From assembly GCF_004010195.1 (NCBI RefSeq), contig NC_057753.1, forward strand, positions 9,227,544 through 9,260,151: a stretch of DNA of 32,608 nt. The letters are read 5' to 3'. Position 1 is the first letter of the stretch, and each line of letters starts with the position of its first letter. Of the stretch, positions 23,011-32,245 are shown piece by piece. The translations under genes and the position numbers were made by a program. The DNA comes from Chiloscyllium plagiosum (Eukaryota). Below the pieces are notes generated by a model. The model did no database searches. It was not told the DNA's origin and worked only from the letters and a program-made list of their open reading frames with translations.

Positions 23011-23180
23011 ATCTAATCTAATCTAATCTAATCTAATCTAATCTAATCTAATCTAATCTAATCTAATCTAATCTAATCTAATCTAATCTAATCTAATCTA
23101 ATCTAATCTAATCTAATCTAATCTAATCTAATCTAATCTAATCTAATCTAATCTAATCTAATCTAATCTAATCTAATCTA
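23009..23180. repeat. (TAATC)~34 perfect microsatellite, expanded SINE tail
   Basis: Uninterrupted atcta repeats directly after the SINE 3' end. Confidence 0.98.
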
Positions 23181-23182
23181 AA

Positions 23183-23882
23183 GCAAGCATGCCGAAAGTC
23201 TTCTTCACTGCCCTGTCTACCCATGAGTCCACTTTCTAGGAGCTATGAACCTGCACCCTTACATCTCTCGGTTTGAAATACTGCATATTTCAACACATAC
23301 CAACAAGATTTGGTGCTTGTTGGTATGTGTTATTATTTGGTGCTTATCTCGACTCTAATTCGGTATTTTATACTGAATGCCATGACTGATGAAGGCCAGT
23401 GTGCCAAAAATTTCTCACTGTGACTCCACTTTCAAAGAACTGTGAACATGTACTCCAAGATCCCTCTGTTCCACTACACTCCTTAAGATCCTACCATTCA
23501 GCATGAAATTCCTACCTTAATTTGATTATACAAAATGTAAGACCTCATACTTATCTATATTAAACTCCATTTGCCATTAATCTTAAACCTATGCCCTCTA
23601 ATTTTGGACTCCCCCACCCCAAGGGAGAAGACCTTGCCTATTTACCCTACCCATACCCGTCATGATTTTATAAATGTCTTTAATGTCACCCCTCAGCCTG
23701 CAAAGCTCCAGAGAAAATAGCTCCAGTCTATTCAGCCTCTTCCTGTAGCTCAAACCCTCCAACCCTGGCAGCATCCTTGTAAATGTTTTCTGACCCTTTC
23801 AAATTTCACAACACCCTTCCTGCAGCAGAAAGCACAGAAATTGCATGCAGTATTGCAACAATGATGGAACCAATGTCCTCTC
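23183..23882 (-). mobile_element. CR1-clade fragments
   Basis: ttcttcactgccctgtctacc; ttggactcccccaccccaagggagaagacc; catgattttataa...cccctcagcct...caaccctggcagcatccttgtaaat. Confidence 0.8.
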
Positions 23883-24009
23883 TGAAGAGGATTTTAAAAC
23901 AATATTTATAACAACAAGCAAATCATGTTAATTGGGCATGACTTTCCCATAGCAGTTTGTTTTGGTTGTCCTTCATTAACCTATGCTTTAAAATATATAA
24001 GAAAATATT

Positions 24010-24965
24010 TTGAGGGATGGGATTGTTGCTAGCACGTCCAACATTTGCTCCCCATCCCTCATGGCCTTTGGACTGAGCAATTGGCTACATGCTAGAAGGC
24101 AGTTGAGAGTCAACCACATTGTAGTAGATCAGGAGTCACATGATGTGAGCGTGTGCACGCGTGTGCAGGATTGTGGGTGGTAGATTTCCCTCCCTAAAGT
24201 AACACTTTCACAACACTCTGTAATGATTGGACAAAAACAACAGTTCTGACAGCATCTATGAGGAGACGACAGTGTTACTGTTTTGAGTCCGGTGGCCCTT
24301 CAAAATTAGGCTGGATTCAAAATATTAACTCTTTTCTTTCCACAGATGCTGCCAGACCTGCTGCATTTCCCCAGCAATTGTGCCTTTTGTTGCTGATCTC
24401 CAACAGCTGCAATTCATTGTCTTAGCCAATAATGGTTTCCTGGTTGCCAGTACAGAGACAAACTCTCACTTCCAGATCTTTTTATTCGTTGAAAATAAAG
24501 TCCAATAGCATCCATGATCGGATTTTAATTTTTGTTCTCAGAAGACCGAGATCTCTGGGCTACTTAATCAGTATCACGAGATCACAATCTTCCCTTCACT
24601 GACAGTGACATTGACAATCTTGTCCTGAATATTTTTCTTTATTCATTCATGGAACGTGACACTTGGTCTCCCAAAAAATAACCAAGTGCCAATTCAGAGG
24701 GCAGTTAAGAGTCAACCACATGACTTTGGATCAAGAGTGACACATTCACCAAACTGGGAAAGGACTGAAGATTTCCTTCCTTAAAAAAAGGTTGTTAGTG
24801 AACAAGATAGGTACTTATGACAATTGATAAGATCACCAAAGCAGCGATAAGTTTATATTCCAGATACGTAAATTGATTTCTAATTGCATCAGGGCCATAG
24901 CAGCATCAATTTTAAACTCCAGATGTTAAATCCAGTAACAATGCCCAAATGCCACCAACTCCCTA
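24010..24965 (-). mobile_element. Two degenerate copies of the 5996-6305 SINE family; the first hosts an inverted Penelope-like repeat (~24230-24420)
   Basis: ggcagtt[g/a]agagtcaaccacat at ~24098 and ~24700; cacagatgctgccagacctgctg at 24341. Confidence 0.6.
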
Positions 24966-25049
24966 CAATCTCGAGGCTTCCCAACACTGACTGGTCTGTA
25001 ATTGCCAGTTGCATCCTTTTCCTCTTTACTATTTACTATTCAAATCAGC

Positions 25050-25687
25050 CCATTGAGTTGACTCTGTCATTTATTCAGATCACGATTATTCTGGGAAACA
25101 TTTACTCCATTTTGCTGCCATTTCCCCATAATCCTCAATTCGCTTACTGATTAAAAAAATCCATCTCAGCCTTGAATGCACGTAACAACCCAGGCTCAAC
25201 AGCCCTGTGTCGTATCAAGTTCCACAGATTTACTGCCCTCAGGAGAAATTCCTATCGGTCCTCAACATGCAATCTCTTATTTGGAGGTTACTTCCTCTGG
25301 TCCCAGACTCACCCACTTTTCCACGTCTAGCCTGTCAAGTCTCCTCAGAATCTTGTACGTGACAATAAGGTTACCTCTAATTCTTTTAACTTCTAAGAAG
25401 CACAGGCCCAACCTATTCAGTTCTCCTCATAAGACGTTCTTTCCATCCCTGGTATCATCATGGTCAACCTTCTCTGGACTGCCTCCAATGCCAATGTATC
25501 TTTCCTCAGGTAAAGGGCCCTAAACAGTTCACAGTATGCAGTTGTGGCCTGAATAATACCTTACATAGGTTCACTATAATCTCCCTACATTTCTACTCGA
25601 TTGAAAAGGCCAACCTCCCATTTGCCTCCCTATTACTCACTGAAATTGGATGAAGAGATTCGTGGACGTGATTCCAAATCCCTCTAT
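25050..25687 (-). mobile_element. Old CR1-clade fragment
   Basis: tccccataatcct...atctcagccttgaat...ttccacagattt...cctcagaatcttgtac...tgcctccaatgccaat. Confidence 0.7.
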
Positions 25688-26515
25688 NNNNNNNNNNNNN
25701 NNNNNNNNNNNNNNNNNNNNNNNNNNNNNNNNNNNNNNNNNNNNNNNNNNNNNNNNNNNNNNNNNNNNNNNNNNNNNNNNNNNNNNNNNNNNNNNNNNNN
25801 NNNNNNNNNNNNNNNNNNNNNNNNNNNNNNNNNNNNNNNNNNNNNNNNNNNNNNNNNNNNNNNNNNNNNNNNNNNNNNNNNNNNNNNNNNNNNNNNNNNN
25901 NNNNNNNNNNNNNNNNNNNNNNNNNNNNNNNNNNNNNNNNNNNNNNNNNNNNNNNNNNNNNNNNNNNNNNNNNNNNNNNNNNNNNNNNNNNNNNNNNNNN
26001 NNNNNNNNNNNNNNNNNNNNNNNNNNNNNNNNNNNNNNNNNNNNNNNNNNNNNNNNNNNNNNNNNNNNNNNNNNNNNNNNNNNNNNNNNNNNNNNNNNNN
26101 NNNNNNNNNNNNNNNNNNNNNNNNNNNNNNNNNNNNNNNNNNNNNNNNNNNNNNNNNNNNNNNNNNNNNNNNNNNNNNNNNNNNNNNNNNNNNNNNNNNN
26201 NNNNNNNNNNNNNNNNNNNNNNNNNNNNNNNNNNNNNNNNNNNNNNNNNNNNNNNNNNNNNNNNNNNNNNNNNNNNNNNNNNNNNNNNNNNNNNNNNNNN
26301 NNNNNNNNNNNNNNNNNNNNNNNNNNNNNNNNNNNNNNNNNNNNNNNNNNNNNNNNNNNNNNNNNNNNNNNNNNNNNNNNNNNNNNNNNNNNNNNNNNNN
26401 NNNNNNNNNNNNNNNNNNNNNNNNNNNNNNNNNNNNNNNNNNNNNNNNNNNNNNNNNNNNNNNNNNNNNNNNNNNNNNNNNNNNNNNNNNNNNNNNNNNN
26501 NNNNNNNNNNNNNNN
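25688..26515. other. Assembly gap
   Basis: Run of N. Confidence 1.
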
Positions 26516-27360
26516 TTAATTAATAATACACAGTGAATACCAAGGCTGATTAATGTGAAATTAAATTTGACTGAAAATGTAAAATCGAGATGAGAGATAA
26601 CAAATGGGGGAAGGGCAGAAGGCAAGAAATGCAGCATCATAGAAGGTGCTCCTCCAGGGAGTGTATTTTACCAACTACAACTGCTAAATATAAAGAAACA
26701 CTCTGACATGATCCTCCGGTTTTAATGTAAACCATACCCCCATACAGTAGGTACCATTTAAATAAGTTAATAGATACAAGCCTTGAGCAAATCCAGCCTC
26801 CAGCCGGCCCCCCGCTTCGTGGAGCTCGGAGAGGGGTTCCCACTCATTCATTCAACAGGAGACGGCTCAATTTATTGTAATGGGCACGGAGGGTACAATG
26901 GTCGTGTCTCATTTTGAGGAGGGAGCTGTTTCCTCTCATTCAACAGAAGAGGACCTATTTACTAGAGGTTTTTTTTTGTAGTGCAGCTGTAGTCCCTGGA
27001 GCCCTGAGGCTCTGGTTCAAATCCCACTGCTCCAGTGTGTGTAATAACATTACTGCACAAGCCACGTGCCAATTGGCATAGGGATAAGAAGATTCGGGAA
27101 GTAAACACGTCAAGCTGTTCAATGTTATCTACAATCATTTCACTTCCTGTCCCATTCGTACTCCAGGGAGCCCAGCCTCGTTTAACGAAGGTTCTTTTTG
27201 AGAAGTTTAATCGGGCATTTTTGCACAAGTCAAGTTAAGAAAGCCGGGATCTCTCGCAAGACTGCGCGGTAGACAACAATTGTAATTCCAGGCGGGGAGG
27301 TTGAATTATGAATTCACTAATAGCCTCGCCTAAGCGATTGCGCAGACCTGACCCGTGCCT

Positions 27361-27434
27361 GTCTCTGTGGCGCAATTGGTCAGCGCGTTCAGCTATTATG
27401 CGGGAGGTTGGTGGTTCGAGCCCACCCAGGGGTG
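27361..27434 (+). tRNA. tRNA-Asn-derived gene, anticodon ATT, probable pseudogene
   Basis: GTCTCTGTGGCGCAATTGGTCAGCGCG...GGTGGTTCGAGCCCACCCAGGG matches vertebrate tRNA-Asn(GTT); A and B boxes intact; anticodon stem TTCAG/GCGGG mispaired. Confidence 0.9.
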
Positions 27435-27555
27435 GTGTGTTTGCTGCTCTTCCTTGGCTTCGAAGCTGAACGCTTTTAATGGGGTCAGGAAAATGTTCCC
27501 CAAACGGAAATCCTTTTCCACAAGGGGGTTTCTGAATTGAATTAATGTCTAACAT

Positions 27556-27718
27556 AAGGGACTGCGGATGCTGAGAAGCCGAGACAAAAAGAGAAACTCG
27601 GCAGGTTTGACAGTACCTGTCGGAGAAAACAGAATTCTGAAATGTTGTCTCTGATTCTCTTTCCACGGATGTTGCCTGACCTGCTGAGTTCCTCCTGCAA
27701 TTTCTACTTTTGTTTTTA
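27556..27718. mobile_element. Inverted Penelope-like terminal-repeat remnant
   Basis: aactcggcaggtttgacagtacctgtcgga mirrored by tccacggatgttgcctgacctgctgagtt. Confidence 0.6.
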
Positions 27719-27892
27719 ACGGAAAGTTCATTTCACCTTTTGGGATGAAACACCTCGACTCGCCATGTGCAGATATTTAACCCTTTCGAATCACTGTGAA
27801 GTGATTGGATTCAAACAAACTCTGCGATGATTCACTCTTTCTCAGCTCCACAGGCAGACAGACATAGGAAGTGAAGGTGTCAGTGTGGTTCT

Positions 27893-27975
27893 GTATTCGT
27901 GGGCCGAGTGGTTAATGCGATGGACTTGAAATCCATTGCGGTTTCCCCACGCAGGTGTGAACCCTGCCGAGTACA
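27893..27975 (+). tRNA. tRNA-Ser(TGA), probable pseudogene
   Basis: ATGGA-CT-TGA-AA-TCCAT anticodon arm and long variable arm as in vertebrate tRNA-Ser; extra G before the D arm; T loop TGTGAAC instead of TTCGAAT. Confidence 0.9.
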
Positions 27976-28395
27976 AAATGAGAAATGTCGTCGAAAAGAA
28001 AGGGAGCTTGCTCTCCGGCTTCTTCTTTAAGATTCAAATCAGTGGAGGGGGAAAAGTATTTCACTCACATTGGGACTGGTGGGAATCTGCAACCCACTGC
28101 CTGTTCGGGTGGAACAAGCAGATACCCGCAGAGCTTCGTTTGAGGCTATGAGCAAAGTGTTTGGAAATGGGACTAGAACAGTGAGGGGCTTGAAATCGTG
28201 ATCGAAATGAAGCAGGCACCTGAGGACAAGGGTGTTTCCTTTGCCAGTGAAAGATACTGCTTCACAAAGTTGGGCCTGTGGCAGGGAATCAGTGATGGTG
28301 ATTATCTTTGGTTGTTCACCTTGTGAAGGTTCCCAATGCTGCGCATGTCCGTGTTAACGTCAGAACTCTGCAGCATGGTGGTGTTAGATACGCAC

Positions 28396-28438
28396 AGGCC
28401 GGGGCGCAATGGATGACGCATCTGACTCCAGCTACCTG
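28396..28438 (+). pseudogene. 5' half of a tRNA-Arg(ACG)-like gene
   Basis: AGGCCGGGGCGCAATGGATGACGCATCTGACT resembles GGGCCAGTGGCGCAATGGATAACGCGTCTGACT. Confidence 0.55.
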
Positions 28439-29075
28439 TTTGAAATGCAGCTCACAGCTTCTTCACACACCCCAATTAATCTTTCTCATTGTCCTGAAGC
28501 CGGAATACGGTTTGAATTCCCGATCTGCGGGAATGAGAATCTTTTCACTGTCTCGCGTCAGTCAATGGCCCTGAGAACATTGGAGTCAAGTCACAGCGCT
28601 GTCAGATGAGGGGAAGCTGAAATAGCCCCACACGCTGCTCACGGGCACATTTTACTTTCCCCAACTCAACGCCTCATTTTCCAGCATCATCCAGATGAAG
28701 CATCCCTTCGGGACTTCCATCCTGGCCTGACAGCGTTGATTTTAAATGGCTGCCCAGTCAGTGCCGATTCGTTTTGGCTGAAAAAATCTTCCTTATCTCA
28801 TCCCAGCATTTCTTGCCACAGAGAAGTGTGCGGCAGAGTTCATGTATATTTTTCCTTGGATGGTATTTTGTGAATAACATTCGTTTGGTGGTTGTTTGTA
28901 TCGGGTATTTCACGTTCATTAGCCGTTGTTTAATGCTGAGAGGGTTGAGTTATCTGGAAATCATTTCCCAGATGTCTTTTATGTAAAGTAATGTGGCTAG
29001 GGTTTCTGCACACGTTGTGTCTGCTTGTGTCAGTTTGTTGATGTGAAATCGGCACACTGGGTTTATTGGGTCGGC

Positions 29076-29588
29076 AAAAGTGCGGATTGCAGATGCTGGA
29101 AACCAGAGTTTAGATCAGAGTGGAGCTGGAAAAGCACAGCTGGTCAGAGAGCTTCCGAGGAGCAGGAAAATTGACGTTTCGGGCAAAAGCCCTTCATCAG
29201 GAATAGAGGCAGGACGCTTCCAGGGTGGAGAGATAAATTAGGGGTGGGGGTGTGCTGGACCGAAGGTAGTAAAGAGTAAAATAGGTGAATGGGGTGGGGA
29301 TGGAGGTATGGGGTATTCTTCCTCCAGGCATCGGGTGGGGAGGGAGCGGCGATGGAGGAGGCCCAGGACCTGCATGTCCTCGGCAGAGTGGGAGGGGGGT
29401 GGGGGGTGTTGAAATTTTGGGCCATTGAGCGATGGTGTTGATTGTTGCGGGTGTCCTGGAGATATCCCCTCAAGCGCCGTGACTTGACACTGCGAGGAGT
29501 GTCCAGCCTCCCCAATGTCGAGGAGACCGCATCGGGAGCAATGGATACAAGAAATGACATTGTTGGATGCACAAGTGAAAGCTTGCTG
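29076..29588 (-). mobile_element. Penelope-like element 3' part (GIY-YIG remnant plus terminal repeat with intact hammerhead core)
   Basis: Minus ORF FTCASNNVISCIHCSRCGLLDIGE; reverse complement of 29169-29204 = AUUC-CUGAUGA-A-GGGC(UUUU)GCCC-GAAA-CG-UC-AAUU. Confidence 0.85.
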
Positions 29589-29624
29589 ACGACCGCGGTC
29601 GAGGTTCGATTTCCGGGCAGGAAA
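29589..29624 (+). pseudogene. 3' half of a tRNA-Glu-like gene with T-run terminator
   Basis: ACGACCGCGGTCGAGGTTCGATTTCCGGGCAGGAAA aligns with 29698-29733; followed by gtaattttt. Confidence 0.7.
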
Positions 29625-29661
29625 GTAATTTTTAGTTGAGCTGACAGCATGCACCCGCATC

Positions 29662-29733
29662 TCCCTCGTAGTCTAGTGGTTAGGATTCGGCCCTGTCACC
29701 GCCGCGGCCCGGCTTCGATTCCCGGTCAGGGAA
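29662..29733 (+). tRNA. tRNA-Glu body carrying a GTC (Asp) anticodon; probably impaired
   Basis: TCCCTCGTAGTCTAGTGGTTAGGATTCGGCC-CT-GTC-AC-CGCCGCGGCCCGGCTTCGATTCCCGGTCAGGGAA; TTTT at 29738-29741. Confidence 0.9.
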
Positions 29734-29739
29734 GCCATT

Positions 29740-30570
29740 TTCTGGGGTGCAAACTACTCATTCTTCTTAAATGCGCTATGCAATTATTTTCGTAGTTTCT
29801 GGGTGCTGCAGTGTTTCGTGGCTCGTTGAAATAGTGTCCTGATTCAGATTTGTTTGTCTGTGTTGGAATGATTACTTCTGTAGTTAAGTTCTTGCTTCGT
29901 GCGGGTTGTTTTCCTGTAGACGCTGTTTTGAATTTACCATTGACTGTTCGCTCCACTGTGACATCGAGAAATGGCACTTTGTTGTTGTTCTCCTCTTTTG
30001 TGAATTTTTTTGTCAGCGAGGATATTGTTGATGGTGTTGTAGGTTTCCTCTAATTTGTTTCATTTTTTGATGACAAAAGTGTCATCACTGTAGCGGACCC
30101 AAAGTTTGGGTTGGATCCTTGGAAGGGCTGTTTGTTCGAGTCTCTGCATTTTTGCTTCTGCTAGGAATCCTGATACTAGTAGTTTCATGGGTATTTCGTT
30201 GATTTGTTTGTAGGGCTTGTTACTGAATATGAAGTGGGTGGTAAGACACAGTTCCACGAGCTGGATGGTGCTATCTTTGCTGATGAAGTTGGTGCTGTGT
30301 TTGTGTCTTTGGTTCTTCGAGCAGGGTCTCCAGTTTTCTTTGGCCACGTTGATATTAATGGATGTGAACAGGGCTGTTCTGTCAAAGGACATCATTATTC
30401 CATCCTCTTCTATCTTAGTGTATTTGGTGTTCAGGAATTCTTGGATGGAGTAAATGGAGTGGCGTGAATCTTCGACTTGGTGTTTTAGTCTTCAGTGGAG
30501 GCCTTTGACTAGTCTGTATATTGGTGTTCCAAATGGTGAGACTGTGGGCCTGAGGGGGGCTCCTAGTTTG
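29740..30570 (-). mobile_element. Penelope-like reverse transcriptase fragment
   Basis: MSFDRTALFTSI; YKQINEIPM (GxPM motif decayed); WVRYSDDTFVI; PFLDVTV. Confidence 0.9.
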
Positions 30571-30850
30571 AAAAGGAGAACAACAACAAAGTGCCATTCT
30601 TAGATGTCACAGTAGAGCGAACAGTCAATGGGGATCTTCAAACTAGCGTCTACAGAAAAACAACACACACAAAACAAATACTGAAGCACAGAAGCAATCG
30701 TCCCAACACCCACAAACGAGGCTGCATCAGGACATTATCTCAACGAGCCACTACACACTGCAGCACAGAGATACTACGAAGAGCACAAGAGAAATACGTA
30801 TGTAATTAAGGAGAACGGGTACCCAATAAACGCAGTCTGCCGATTTCTCA
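30571..30850 (+). mobile_element. Penelope-like RT C-terminal fragment, inverted copy of ~29760-29998
   Basis: PFLDVTVERTVNGDLQTSVYRKTTHT...HKRGCIRTL; near-identical to the reverse complement of 29940-29998. Confidence 0.88.
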
Positions 30851-30944
30851 TTGATGCTTCCAAGCTGACTCTCAAAAATTCGGTTTGTCCCTCCATTCTT
30901 TCCTGTTTGTTTTTTGTGGGTTTTGAAAGCTTTCACAATCCTCT

Positions 30945-31072
30945 GTCTGAGTATTGGAGTTGGGAAGTTATGTTGTGGCTGTAGAGGACATTGGTTAGAC
31001 CACTTTTGGAATATTGTGTGCAATTCTGGTCTCCCTCCCATCAGAAGTATACTGTGAAAATGGAAAGGGTTC
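30945..31072 (+). mobile_element. CR1-clade fragment fused to ZNF copy E
   Basis: aggacattggttagaccacttttggaatattgtgtgcaattctggtctccc...gaaagggttc runs directly into tgaagcatcagtgggtccac. Confidence 0.8.
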
Positions 31073-31705
31073 TGAAGCATCAGTGGGTCCACAGAGGGGA
31101 AGAGGCCCTTCTGCTGCCCTGCGTATGGGAAGGCCTTCAGTGATTCCTCTGCCCTGCTGACGCACCAGTTGGTCCACTCCGTGGAAGGCTGTTCTCCGGC
31201 CCCAAGTGCGAGATGGCCTTCAGCAGTTCTTCCCACCTGTTGAGACACCAGTGGGTCCACACTGAGGAGAGGCCGTTCTTATGCCCCGAGTGCAGGAAGG
31301 GATTTGCTCTTCCCTCCGATCTGCTGGCCCATTGCGGGGTCCACATGGGAGAGAGGTCGTTCAGTTGCCCTCAGTGCAGCAAGGCCTTCAGCAACTCTTC
31401 AAACCCTGCTGAGACACCAGTCCGTCCACACCGGAGTGAAGCCGTTCTCCTGCCCCGAGTGTGGGAAGGGCTTTATCCGCTCCTCCAGTACCAGCTGGTC
31501 CACACGGGGGCGGGGGAGGCCATTCTGCTGACCTGAGTGCGGGAAGGCCTTCAGCAATTTTTCCACCCTGCTGAAACACCAATGTGTCCTTCAGCAGTGG
31601 GAGGCCCTTCAGCTGGCCCGAGTGTGGGAAGAGGTTCAAGTTTGCTTGCAACTTGCGGAAGCACCAGCGGGGGCACTGCTGCTCATTGAGCCAGCGACTG
31701 CACAT
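31073..31705 (+). pseudogene. C2H2 ZNF copy E, 5'-truncated and frameshifted
   Basis: Finger motifs ([61 protein letters not shown]) over several frames; ending similar to copy C. Confidence 0.88.
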
Positions 31706-31819
31706 TGCCAATGAAATGATCCAAAGAAACCGAAGACCGCAAGACCATCGGAGCAGAAGTTCGGCTATTGGGCCCGTCGAGTCTACTCTGCCATTCGTTA
31801 GAGACAAAATTAGTGCAGA

Positions 31820-32119
31820 TGAGATTAGCTACAGGAAACAGGCCATTTGTCCCAACAAGTCCACACCGACCCTCCGAAGAGTTACCCATCCAGACCCATT
31901 TGCCTCTAACTAATGTACCGAACTCTATGGGCAATTAAGCATGTCCAATACACATGACCTGCACATATTTGGTTTATGTAAGAAGACAGGATCATCCAGA
32001 GAAAACCCATGCAGACACTCGGAGAATGTGCAAACTCCTCACAGACAGCCATCCAAGGCTGGAATCAAACCTGGATCCCGGGCGCTGTGAGGCCGCAGTG
32101 GTAACCACTAAGCCACTAC
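31820..32119 (-). mobile_element. HE1-like SINE
   Basis: ggaaacaggccatt...gtgcaaactcctcacagacag...ggcgctgtgaggccgcagtggtaaccactaagccac. Confidence 0.85.
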
Positions 32120-32137
32120 ATATTGCAACCCGAAGTT

Positions 32138-32244
32138 GCAAGCAGGAGGTTGGGAGAATACAGCAAGCCAGGCAGCACCAGCATATGGAGTAGTCACCGT
32201 TGGGTATTAACCCTTCTTCGGGACTGAAACGTTGACTTCTCCAT
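32138..32244. mobile_element. Inverted Penelope-like terminal-repeat remnant (same family as 15458-15612)
   Basis: agcaggaggttggga...ggcagcaccag...cccttcttcgggact|gaaacgttgacttctcca. Confidence 0.65.
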
Positions 32245-32245
32245 G

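Noticed and set aside
23009..23180. Telomere-like or CRISPR-like array
   Set aside because: Unit is TAATC, not TTAGGG; no spacers; explained as a SINE tail
25601..26640. 289-318 aa ORFs
   Set aside because: Artefacts of the N gap
27000..27060. B-box-like GGTTCAAATCCC as a further tRNA
   Set aside because: No acceptor stem or D arm; more likely an old SINE fragment
27893..27975. Selenocysteine or opal-suppressor tRNA
   Set aside because: The anticodon is TGA (reads UCA, Ser), not TCA, and the body is a standard tRNA-Ser
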